Shown in pieces: positions 20,505 to 28,679 of a DNA stretch of 64,000 nucleotides. Positions within the stretch are counted from its first letter, which is position 1, and the number at the start of each line of letters is the position of its first letter. This stretch comes from Desulfurococcales archaeon. GTDB lineage: Archaea; Thermoproteota; Thermoprotei_A; Sulfolobales; Desulfurococcaceae. The notes beneath the pieces are model-generated. The model was not told the origin of the DNA and ran no database searches. It saw nothing but the letters and a program-made list of their open reading frames with translations. The translations under genes were made by a program, and so were the position numbers. The stretch spans positions 1 to 64,000 of the forward strand of contig JALVYU010000030.1 of assembly GCA_027022365.1 (NCBI GenBank), given 5' to 3'.

Positions 20505-20580
20505 CGCTAGGATCAGCTGGGTAACCGCGCCTTCATTGCCATTATAGGGCTCAGGCTCCCCGAAAAATCATCATCTAAGC
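20505..20580 (-). ncRNA. Box C/D methylation-guide sRNA
   Basis: Minus strand: gcttag-ATGATGA(C)-tttttcggggagc-CTGA(D')-gccctataatg-GCAATGA(C')-aggcgcggttacccag-CTGA(D)-tcctagc; short terminal stem; CTTTAA about 27 nt upstream. Confidence 0.85.
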
Positions 20581-20681
20581 GTTATATGATACAGTGTTTG
20601 TTCGGGTTAAAGATATTACTGCCTAACATTTATCATTGTTTTAAATAGTTAGTTGTTAGGTTACCCTAACGGTGATCTATT

Positions 20682-21065
20682 ATGGATATAGAAGCAACAA
20701 TAATAAGATACATAGGCGGCAAAACCGGCTGCATAACGCCATTCAAACTATCAAGAATATTAGGACTAGCCGAAGCATACTACATGGCCGATCATGGAGA
20801 GAGGTTGACCGGTCTAAAATATATCTGTACACTTGGAACATTCTACATAGAAGGATTTGAAGAGCTAATAAAGGACTGTTTCGAACGGAACCCGGAGAAG
20901 CATTGTCTAGAGTATAAATGTGGAGAAGTTGAGTTGCCGGAGCATATTTCCATGTATGTTGACAAGGCGATACAGGATCTGGATACCGAGGATCTCGATG
21001 AGATAAATCGGAGAGTCCTAGATAACCCGTTCTTTAAAAAACTTTGTAACAAACAAACGGGGTGA
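20682..21065 (+). CDS. Cys-rich hypothetical protein, weakly SocA/DUF4065 (Panacea)-like
   Basis: GGTGA SD; ITPFKLSRILGLAEAYYMADHGERLTGLKY resembles the DUF4065 core; six Cys; first gene of a 4-gene operon. Confidence 0.6.
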   Translation: MDIEATIIRYIGGKTGCITPFKLSRILGLAEAYYMADHGERLTGLKYICTLGTFYIEGFEELIKDCFERNPEKHCLEYKCGEVELPEHISMYVDKAIQDLDTEDLDEINRRVLDNPFFKKLCNKQTG

Positions 21066-21072
21066 AAACATA

Positions 21073-21957
21073 ATGATTAATATCGCTGTGACGGGAGGGA
21101 AGGGTGGTACGGGGAAAAGTCTTGTCGCAACTAGCCTTGCAATACTACTATCCAAGAATATAGATGGCCTGGTTCTGGCCGACACTGATCTGGAGGGCCC
21201 CAACGACCACGTCATACTGGGTATCGAGGAGCTTGAGAACCAGGAGTCTATAACATTGTTTCTACCATTGATCGACACCACTAAGTGTACCCGGTGCGGG
21301 GTATGCGTGAAGATATGTGATACGGGCGCCCTATTCATGGCTGGGAGAGCCTACCCAATAGTTTTTCCCCGGCTATGCAGTGGATGTAAGGCATGCTACT
21401 ACGCCTGTCCATACGGCGCGATCAGGGAGGCTGGCCACGTCTTAGGCTACACCTACGTGACCCCAGTCTGTTTCGGCAACGGATGCTTTAAGCTCGTCAC
21501 CGGCATGCTACTTGAGGGAGAGGAGCACACGCCTCCCGGCGTATATAGGACGCTCCAACGAGCATTGGAACTAAAACCTGAACTGCTCATCGTAGATACT
21601 GGTGCTGGCACAGGAAATGCTGTATCAATGGCTTTCAGAGACTCTGACCTCGTGATCGTCGTAACCGAGCCTACGCCGCTTGGAGCACACGATCTAGACT
21701 CCATCCTCGAGGTAACCGATGCGATGAATAAACATGTATGGCTTATAATCAACAGGCACGGTATAGGAGATGTTACGATATTGGAGACGGTTCTTCATAG
21801 GCATCGTGTGGAGAAAATATTTCGTATACCCTACGATAAAGCCGTTGCCGAAGCCTATGCTTATTCCAAGCCCCTCATAATCCATTATCCTAAATCACCC
21901 GCATCCAAAGCTCTCATAAAGATATCGGATGAACTCATGGGGTGGATAAAGCATTGA
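21073..21957 (+). CDS. MinD-superfamily P-loop ATPase with inserted 2x[4Fe-4S] ferredoxin (COG1149)
   Basis: GGKGGTGKS, CTRCGVCVKIC and CSGCKACYYACP, DTGAGTG, VTEPTP motifs. Confidence 0.9.
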   Translation: MINIAVTGGKGGTGKSLVATSLAILLSKNIDGLVLADTDLEGPNDHVILGIEELENQESITLFLPLIDTTKCTRCGVCVKICDTGALFMAGRAYPIVFPRLCSGCKACYYACPYGAIREAGHVLGYTYVTPVCFGNGCFKLVTGMLLEGEEHTPPGVYRTLQRALELKPELLIVDTGAGTGNAVSMAFRDSDLVIVVTEPTPLGAHDLDSILEVTDAMNKHVWLIINRHGIGDVTILETVLHRHRVEKIFRIPYDKAVAEAYAYSKPLIIHYPKSPASKALIKISDELMGWIKH

Positions 21958-22928
21958 TCGAGATAAGCATAGCTAGTGGTAAGGGTGGTGTAGGCAAGAG
22001 CCTACTAGCATCTCATTTAGCCCTTCTCCTATCGGGTAAGAGGAGACTAGTAGCCGTTGACGCTGACGCCGAGGCACCCAACATGAACATTGTCCTCGGA
22101 ATAAAGGACTGGGATAGGGTAATTGAGCATCATGAGGGGAGAAGAGCATTTATTCTCGACAATAAATGTACGGGGTGCGGAGAATGCTTGAATGCCTGCC
22201 AGTTTGGAGCAATAAGAGTGGTTGATGGGAGATATGTTGTTGATAGATGGTTGTGCGAGGGATGCTATACCTGTAGCCTCGTATGCCCGGTGAAAGCAGT
22301 AAGGTTCGAGAGAGATGTTCTTGCGGGATGGATAAGGATCAAGGAGAAAACACGGTGGGGCTTCCCACTAGTGTCAGCTGAAATAGTTCCCGGGAGACCC
22401 AATAGTGGTAAACTGGTTACCGAGGCTCGTAACACAGCGAGGGAGCTGTTTAGAGAAGCAGAGCTCATGATCCTGGACTCGGCAGCAGGGATAGGGTGCC
22501 AAGTAATTGCGAGCCTTGCGGGGAGCCATGCAGCAATACTTGTTGCTGAACCCACACGGGCAAGTATAAGTGATCTAAAGAGGATCGTAAGGCTTACCCA
22601 GCACTTTAGAATACCATCAATGCTAGTGATCAACAAGTATGACTTAAACTCGCAACTCTACAGAGAGCTGAAGAGGATCGCCCACGAGAACAAACTATAT
22701 TACCTAGGCGAAATTCCTTATGATGAAGAAGTCCCACGCTCCTATGTATCCATGAAGCCCCTCATAGAATACAATCCTGATTCGGGGGCCGCTATAGCAA
22801 TTAGAAGGATTGCCGAGAGACTCGATAATATCTTGTCAAGGTTTGATGAGTGGCGCCTGGAATACCTACCTGAAGCTTATAAGCCGTTCGAACCCATAGT
22901 TATTAGACCGGATAAAACGTTAGGATAA
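21942..22928 (+). CDS. MinD-superfamily P-loop ATPase with inserted ferredoxin (COG1149), paralog
   Basis: SGKGGVGKS, DADAEAPN, CTGCGECLNAC and CEGCYTCSLVCP, SGKLVT, DSAAGIGC motifs. Confidence 0.9.
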   Translation: MDKALIEISIASGKGGVGKSLLASHLALLLSGKRRLVAVDADAEAPNMNIVLGIKDWDRVIEHHEGRRAFILDNKCTGCGECLNACQFGAIRVVDGRYVVDRWLCEGCYTCSLVCPVKAVRFERDVLAGWIRIKEKTRWGFPLVSAEIVPGRPNSGKLVTEARNTARELFREAELMILDSAAGIGCQVIASLAGSHAAILVAEPTRASISDLKRIVRLTQHFRIPSMLVINKYDLNSQLYRELKRIAHENKLYYLGEIPYDEEVPRSYVSMKPLIEYNPDSGAAIAIRRIAERLDNILSRFDEWRLEYLPEAYKPFEPIVIRPDKTLG

Positions 22929-22952
22929 CCTAACATGTGAGGGTGGTAAAAA

Positions 22953-23285
22953 ATGGTTAGAATAGCTATTCCGACCGAGAAGGGCGGCCTCGAAGACAGT
23001 ATTTATCCGAGATTCGGCAGAGCCCCAACATTCACGATCATAGATATAGAGGAGAAACAAGTCAAAAACGTCAAAGTAATCGAAAACCCAGGCTATAGAG
23101 CATCCGGAGGAGCGGGCGTGAAGGCAGTACAGCTCCTAGCAAATGAAGGAGTAGAAATAGTGATGGGGCCAACGCCCGGTCCGAACGCCTATTTTGCACT
23201 AAAGAATGCCGGCATAAAACATTATCCTGTGCAAGGCCTTAATGTAAGAGAGGCTGTCGAAGCATTTCTAAGAGAAGATGATTAG
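22953..23285 (+). CDS. NifB/NifX-family cluster-binding protein
   Basis: RIAIP, FGRAPTF, ENP, GGAG, GPNA motifs. Confidence 0.9.
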   Translation: MVRIAIPTEKGGLEDSIYPRFGRAPTFTIIDIEEKQVKNVKVIENPGYRASGGAGVKAVQLLANEGVEIVMGPTPGPNAYFALKNAGIKHYPVQGLNVREAVEAFLREDD

Positions 23286-23375
23286 CGGCGAAAACAATCA
23301 GTCGGGTGTGTTGATCTCATCCCTAGCGGTCGTGCCGGGAGTAATTCATCACCATGGATGAAATGATAACGCCGC
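23285..23375 (-). ncRNA. Box C/D guide sRNA with flanking terminal stem
   Basis: Minus strand: GTGATGA(C, 23352-46)-attactcccggc-ACGA(D')-ccgcta-GGGATGA(C')-gatcaacacacccga-CTGA(D, 23301-298); flanks GCGGCG 23285-90 and CGCCGC 23370-75 are complementary. Confidence 0.8.
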
Positions 23376-23385
23376 ATTTTTATCT

Positions 23386-24117
23386 CTACCGTCCACGTAG
23401 GATTTTCAATAACCTAAAGTTATAGGGAAGCGGAACCAGTACGCCTGCTAATCCACCGAATATTTTACGGTTATAGATCTTTTTCATCTCCTCCCACAAC
23501 TCGTGGTCTCCAGCCAAATAGTAGTCTATTACGGACTGCATTATGTCCGTGTAAACATATATGTCGAGAAACGGGTTATCAGTTATCAACTTAATTGATG
23601 TTGTGACGAGAAAAATGAAGAGGTCCCAGGCATGGTGTACTTTGTTCCTAGACTTTATAGCCTGTTCCGCGTCAATAAAATAGACCTTTTTCCCGCTTAT
23701 GATGAAGTTTTGGAACTTGGTGTCACCTAGTGCATAGCCATAATCATGTATACTCCTAATAGCCCATGCAACATCCCTGTAGTCTCTTTCATCAAGCCCT
23801 GGAACGAATTTTTCGCCCTCAATAAATTCTCTAACAAGCCTGATTTCTCCCCAATCGATCAGGATAGGGCGTGGAACAGGAATCTTGCCAGCCAACTCCC
23901 TCAGAAAAACAGATTCTCGCTCCAATCTTTCGCGAGGAACAAATGTGAATGGAAAAAGGGTTAGTGGCAAGCTAGCAGATTTAATGATAAACCACTTAAG
24001 GAGACCTGGCGTACGATCATATTTTTTCAAAGCATATTTTACACCATTAATCATTATGACTTGTGTCTGGCTGAAAAGTTCGTCCAATATATCTAGTAGT
24101 CCTCTCCTTTTCTCCAA
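23386..24117 (-). CDS. Atypical Ser/Thr protein kinase (Bud32/RIO-like fold)
   Basis: YALKKY (beta3 Lys), ERE, VREFIEG hinge, LGDTKFQN catalytic loop, FIDAE. Confidence 0.75.
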   Translation of the reverse strand: MEKRRGLLDILDELFSQTQVIMINGVKYALKKYDRTPGLLKWFIIKSASLPLTLFPFTFVPRERLERESVFLRELAGKIPVPRPILIDWGEIRLVREFIEGEKFVPGLDERDYRDVAWAIRSIHDYGYALGDTKFQNFIISGKKVYFIDAEQAIKSRNKVHHAWDLFIFLVTTSIKLITDNPFLDIYVYTDIMQSVIDYYLAGDHELWEEMKKIYNRKIFGGLAGVLVPLPYNFRLLKILRGR

Positions 24118-24157
24118 TTCGAGAAGTCACCGCGAGAATAAATTAATGGTAATATCT

Positions 24158-24442
24158 CTAGTCATAGAGATCCTCGGGTATTTCGATAATGCGTTTACCC
24201 GCTACCACCTGGTCTACACTATGAATAGCTCCTCCCAGCTCCTCTATGACCATCCTGATCTCGCCATAATCAATATCCTGGCCCTCAATAACAACAATTA
24301 TGTTCTGGGTCTCAACATCTACCTCTTTAACAGTAATGTTCACAGCGTCAACACCCTCTACCTTGGAGAGGTTCTCGGCTACATCCACGATGCTGGGGCC
24401 TTTAATAGGTACCAGTACGTCGAGCACGAGACGTTTTATCAA
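24158..24442 (-). CDS. DUF211 family protein
   Basis: IKRLVLDVL..P...VEGVDAVNITVKEVDVET...GGAIHSVDQVVAG. Probable start is TTG 24442; the track start at 24604 overlaps rpl13e. Confidence 0.85.
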   Translation of the reverse strand: MIKRLVLDVLVPIKGPSIVDVAENLSKVEGVDAVNITVKEVDVETQNIIVVIEGQDIDYGEIRMVIEELGGAIHSVDQVVAGKRIIEIPEDLYD

Positions 24443-24573
24443 GGCCTCATCAATCACCACAATACAGTATGGAATAGACCGGGTATTAAGCATAATGGGA
24501 ACAGGATAAAAATTATAATAAGAAGCATAGTATCCCGAATAATAGAGAATATATTCGCTGATGGTGTTCGGAT

Positions 24574-24822
24574 ATGGCAGGAGAAGTAGTCCCACCAGAA
24601 CCAATAGTGAAAAGACCTATACTGAGAAAACATGGAGGCCTAGACCAAGGAACCCGCGTAGGGAGGGGCTTCAGCAAAGGAGAACTAGAGGCGGTTGGCC
24701 TCGATTTTAAGACAGCTATGAAGCTCGGCCTCAGAATCGATGCGAGGAGAAGGAGCGTCCACGAATGGAACATACAGGCTCTAAAAGAGTATCTAAAGAA
24801 GATCGGCTATTTGAAGGAGTGA
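24574..24822 (+). CDS. rpl13e: 50S ribosomal protein L13e (eL13)
   Basis: RVGRGFSKGELEAVGL, GLRIDARRRSVHEWN: archaeal L13e signature. Confidence 0.92.
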   Translation: MAGEVVPPEPIVKRPILRKHGGLDQGTRVGRGFSKGELEAVGLDFKTAMKLGLRIDARRRSVHEWNIQALKEYLKKIGYLKE

Positions 24823-24978
24823 ATTTATCTTTTATATTTCATTCAACATTATTTTACAGATGATCGCCCGTGGATCATTGATGTACAATTCTTTTGAACA
24901 TTGTAGAGGTATAGGAAATCTGTAAAGATCATCCAGTAATTACAAGTGATCATTGTTTTAAAGTTCAAGTAAGAACGA

Positions 24979-25050
24979 TGTATGGGTCCTAGGGGGAGTC
25001 ACCCCTGTTCATCCCATCCCCTGCTCGGGGGTGTTACAGGGGCCGGTCAT
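24979..25050. ncRNA. GC-rich two-tier hairpin, candidate structured ncRNA
   Basis: CCCCTGT 25002-08 pairs ACAGGGG 25036-42; inner CATCCCC 25015-21 pairs GGGGGTG 25027-33; sits in strongly AT-rich intergenic DNA. Confidence 0.45.
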
Positions 25051-25301
25051 ATTAGTTCTTAGGCCAAAGCTCTTTAATATTTTGTTCAACATTTTAATAT
25101 TGACATAATTGGTGGGACATTAATCCCACAAAGTCATTCTATACATTATAAAAAATTTCAAAAATAATCGTGGGTATACTGAAATTTTTTCTCCGTACCA
25201 CATAAATTTATTAAGACACTATCTGATGGAGCTTCAAGAAGTAAACATAATATCCATGAGAGGCCCTAACTAGAAACTCGGCAAGAGCGGAGGACAGAGA
25301 A

Positions 25302-25646
25302 ATGACTCTATCATTATATAATGATGTAGCTGGAGAAGTCAGCAAGATATCGGACAATATTATGGAGATCTCAATCAGATCCCGTAGCAGAGTTGTAAGT
25401 GTAAAGCTAGACGAAACCACAATCCATATACTCGATAAGCAGGTCAGACGGATTAATGCGCGGAGCCGTAGCGAAGTAATCAAGGCATTAATAAAGGCTT
25501 TTGTATACGCAATGTCAGAACTGGAAGCGCGTACAAATAGCGAACCCTATAGGCTGAAAATAGTGGTAAGCGTTGAAGACGAGTTTACGGGCAAGACAGG
25601 TAAGGTAATAGTTAAGCTTCCAGATACTAGTGTTGTCAGATATTAG
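25302..25646 (+). CDS. Ribbon-helix-helix (CopG-like) DNA-binding protein
   Basis: RVVSVKLDE...ILDK...SRSEVIKALI pattern; GGAGG SD. Confidence 0.7.
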   Translation: MTLSLYNDVAGEVSKISDNIMEISIRSRSRVVSVKLDETTIHILDKQVRRINARSRSEVIKALIKAFVYAMSELEARTNSEPYRLKIVVSVEDEFTGKTGKVIVKLPDTSVVRY

Positions 25647-25696
25647 TTTAGTATACTAGTGTAGCTGACAGCTTATCAAAATAATGCTATTGAGAA

Positions 25697-26092
25697 TTAT
25701 TCTTCGCTTGTCCCAGATGTCCCGCTCGAATTCTTCAGTTTCTCAACAATAAGCCTCACAATATCCGCGGGTAAACTTATCTGGTGTGCAAGCTGTTCTA
25801 TAGGGACACCACCATATTCCTCTAATGCCTCCTTAACCGCTGTTATTGCCTCAATATAGTAGACTTTTCTGCTTATCCTTCTCCGGGCTATTAGGCCGAG
25901 CCTATTAAGCTCTGCAAGATATCTTGACTCTATTGTTCTAGGCCTTCCAGTAACTTTTGCGAGATCTTCGGCCGTGGCTTTCTTGAGTTCTATTACTGCT
26001 TTTAGAGTTCGCCACAGTGGCGGTGAGAGGATAATTCCTCTTTTCATAAGAAACCTTATATCGTATATACTACAGAATTCCTCGTTTGACAT
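25697..26092 (-). CDS. Winged-helix DNA-binding protein with a second C-terminal HTH
   Basis: ATAEDLAKVTGRPRTIESRYLAELNRLGLI...RKVYY (wHTH), then IEQLAHQISLPADIVR. Confidence 0.75.
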   Translation of the reverse strand: MSNEEFCSIYDIRFLMKRGIILSPPLWRTLKAVIELKKATAEDLAKVTGRPRTIESRYLAELNRLGLIARRRISRKVYYIEAITAVKEALEEYGGVPIEQLAHQISLPADIVRLIVEKLKNSSGTSGTSEE

Positions 26093-26388
26093 AGGTTTTT
26101 CCCTCTTGTTATCCTCTTCAACAAGCTTTATTTTGTTTTATTGCTTAAATAATTTTCTCTATTTCCATTAAGATGTTGTGTTTTATCATTAAGTTATACC
26201 TATTCTGAATGAATTCATTGATCTTTATTCTAATTCTTGTTTGTAATAAAACATTATTATCTAGAGGGAACTGTCATATAGAAATATAACATATCATAAA
26301 TTATGAAAACTGTAAAGGAATGTTTTAGGTAAAGAAAAGATAAAGCATATACTATAATACCGGATAAATAATATCTAAAACCATTGAG

Positions 26389-27063
26389 GTGACTACCATG
26401 AGCTCTTGGTCTTGGCTCGCGGGTAGGAGGCTAAAGGAGATAGTTAATAAGAGTTTCAAGCACCTGGAGCTCGTCAACAATGTTGTTTCCATGCTCGACG
26501 AGATAATTAGTGAGCTCCTCAAGAACAATGTAAATGCTGGTTTAGCTAAATTTGATGATCTGAACAAAATGGAAGAAAAAGCAGATGTCGTGAAGCGAGA
26601 AATATTCGTGGAGCTTAGGAGCGGCTACATACATCCCCTGGATCGCGAGGATCTTCTACGTTTGATACTTACGGCGGACGATATAGCCGCCTATGCGAAA
26701 GCCGCTACCCGTAGACTCGTGATAATATATAGGCTTGGATATACTGTTCCGGGAGAGCTGTTAAAGATACTCAAAAATATGACGAGCAAGATAGTTGAAG
26801 CTTCAAAACTGATTATCGAGGCAGTAAACACTATTGGTCACGACCCGTCGAAGGCATTGTCGATAACGCATAAGATCGAGGATATAGAGGAGAACGTTGA
26901 CGATCTACGTATGGAGGCCTATAAATTTCTCTATAAGATGTGCAAGGACAGAATAGGGATCGAGTGCATATTGTACAAGGAGGTCATCGATGACGTAGAG
27001 AATACAAGCGATCGCTGCGAAGACACTGCCGACGTAATTAGAATTATAGCCGTATCGATATAA
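26389..27063 (+). CDS. DUF47/TIGR00153 PhoU-like phosphate-transport regulator
   Basis: EEKADVVKR, PLDREDL, DDIA, EENVD, ENTSDRCED repeats. Confidence 0.88.
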   Translation: MTTMSSWSWLAGRRLKEIVNKSFKHLELVNNVVSMLDEIISELLKNNVNAGLAKFDDLNKMEEKADVVKREIFVELRSGYIHPLDREDLLRLILTADDIAAYAKAATRRLVIIYRLGYTVPGELLKILKNMTSKIVEASKLIIEAVNTIGHDPSKALSITHKIEDIEENVDDLRMEAYKFLYKMCKDRIGIECILYKEVIDDVENTSDRCEDTADVIRIIAVSI

Positions 27064-27108
27064 TGTTGATGTGATTAAAAAGACATAACAACATTTTATG
27101 CGGAGCAC

Positions 27109-28623
27109 TCATCGCTCCTTATGCTTCTCCATTATGTAGTATATTAGAAGCCTTACACCCCATCCTGTAGCGCAGTCCCTATAGTATGGCTTCTTAGGTA
27201 GCCCGTTCTCGACATATGCTACCCCAGCGATATCCAGGTGCGTCCATTTACCGGGGTCTTCGAGGAACTTGCTGAGGAATGCGGCAGCCGTTATTGCTCC
27301 CGCTGGCCGCCCGCCAATATTGTTCGTGTCTGCGAATGTGCTCTTCAGCTGTTCATAGTATTCCTTCCACAGAGGCATTCTCCATAGTTTCTCGCCGATC
27401 TTCCGGCCGATCTCGTAGAGTTTCTCGGCTAGCTCGTCATCGTTTGTGAACAAGCCTGCGGCATAATTGCCGAGCGCGATCACTATTGCTCCCGTGAGGG
27501 TCGCGAAGTCGAATATCTTTGACGGCCTATAGGTTTTCTCTATGTAGGAGAGCGCGTCCGCCATGATTATTCTTCCCTCTGCATCAGTGTTGCCGACCTC
27601 TACTGTCAGACCATTGTACATTCTGATGATATCGCGTGGCTTGTAGGCTTTAGGGCCTGGCAGGTTCTCCACGGCCGGCAGAGCCACCACGATGTTCACG
27701 GGGAGCTTGAGTGATGCAGCCGCTTTGATGATCCCAAGAGCTACTGCTCCGCCGCTCTTATCGTACTTCATCCTCTCCATCGACTGTGCCGACTTGAGGT
27801 CTAGTCCGCCTGCATCGAAAGTAACCGTCTTTCCAACGATCCCTATGTCCCACTCGTCCGCTTCTCTCCCCTTGTACTCGAGGATTATGAGCCTGGGCGG
27901 TACGCCTCCACCACTCCCTACAGCTAGTATACCGTTCATCCCCATCCGTCTAAGGTCATCTACATGGAACACCTTTATGCCTAAGCCATAGGTTTCTGCG
28001 AGCTTCCGGGCCTCCTTCTCTACTTCTTCGGGGTTCATCTGAGAGCTGGGGGTATCCGCTATTAGTCTGGCGTAGTTCACGGCGTCTGCCAATAGAGTTG
28101 ATCTCCTGATGATCTCATATGCCCCGCTTATTTCTTCCGGGTAAACAATTGTCAATGATTTAATAGTCTTCTCTCTCCGTTCCTTAGCCTTAAATAATTC
28201 TCCAGGATCATAGAGGGCTATCTCTGATGCCTCGATACATTGTGCAAGGACATCGCCGGGATCAAGATCGATTGACTTATCGAAATAAACAACTATATCT
28301 TTTGCCTTTAGATCCTCAAGCACTCTAATTATTTTAGCACACGCGATCCTTATAGATTCAAGGCTCGGCTTTTCACCCAAGCCTGCCAATACAAGACGTG
28401 CATAGCTTTTAGGAAGATATGTTATCCTGATCTCGCCCTCCTCAGCCTTAAAGTCTCCCTCGCCGATAACCTGGTTAATCACGTCTTTCCACGACTCCTT
28501 GATAATGTCCGGTATGATGGGCTCACCACTGCTTTGAGGAACAAGCACAGCGAGGGTATCGGCCTCGATGCCTAGAGGTGTGCCCTGCTTAAAGCTGTAG
28601 TTAAGCCTAGCCACAATGACCAC
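27109..28623 (-). CDS. pepA: Leucyl aminopeptidase (M17)
   Basis: VGKTVTFDAGG, MKYDKSG, NTDAEGR, ATLTGA, HLDIAG motifs. Confidence 0.95.
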   Translation of the reverse strand: MVIVARLNYSFKQGTPLGIEADTLAVLVPQSSGEPIIPDIIKESWKDVINQVIGEGDFKAEEGEIRITYLPKSYARLVLAGLGEKPSLESIRIACAKIIRVLEDLKAKDIVVYFDKSIDLDPGDVLAQCIEASEIALYDPGELFKAKERREKTIKSLTIVYPEEISGAYEIIRRSTLLADAVNYARLIADTPSSQMNPEEVEKEARKLAETYGLGIKVFHVDDLRRMGMNGILAVGSGGGVPPRLIILEYKGREADEWDIGIVGKTVTFDAGGLDLKSAQSMERMKYDKSGGAVALGIIKAAASLKLPVNIVVALPAVENLPGPKAYKPRDIIRMYNGLTVEVGNTDAEGRIIMADALSYIEKTYRPSKIFDFATLTGAIVIALGNYAAGLFTNDDELAEKLYEIGRKIGEKLWRMPLWKEYYEQLKSTFADTNNIGGRPAGAITAAAFLSKFLEDPGKWTHLDIAGVAYVENGLPKKPYYRDCATGWGVRLLIYYIMEKHKER

Positions 28624-28679
28624 CAGGCATATATCTAGGTGCTTACGCGGTAATAAAGACGAGGCAATTCATGTAGCAT

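Noticed and set aside
23885-24589. 234-aa plus-strand ORF
   Set aside because: Antisense to the kinase and DUF211 genes, with atypical composition and no motifs.
24823-26388. Replication origin
   Set aside because: AT-rich and next to a CopG-like gene, but I see no ORB repeats and no orc1/cdc6 or recognisable whiP; kept only as a regulatory finding.
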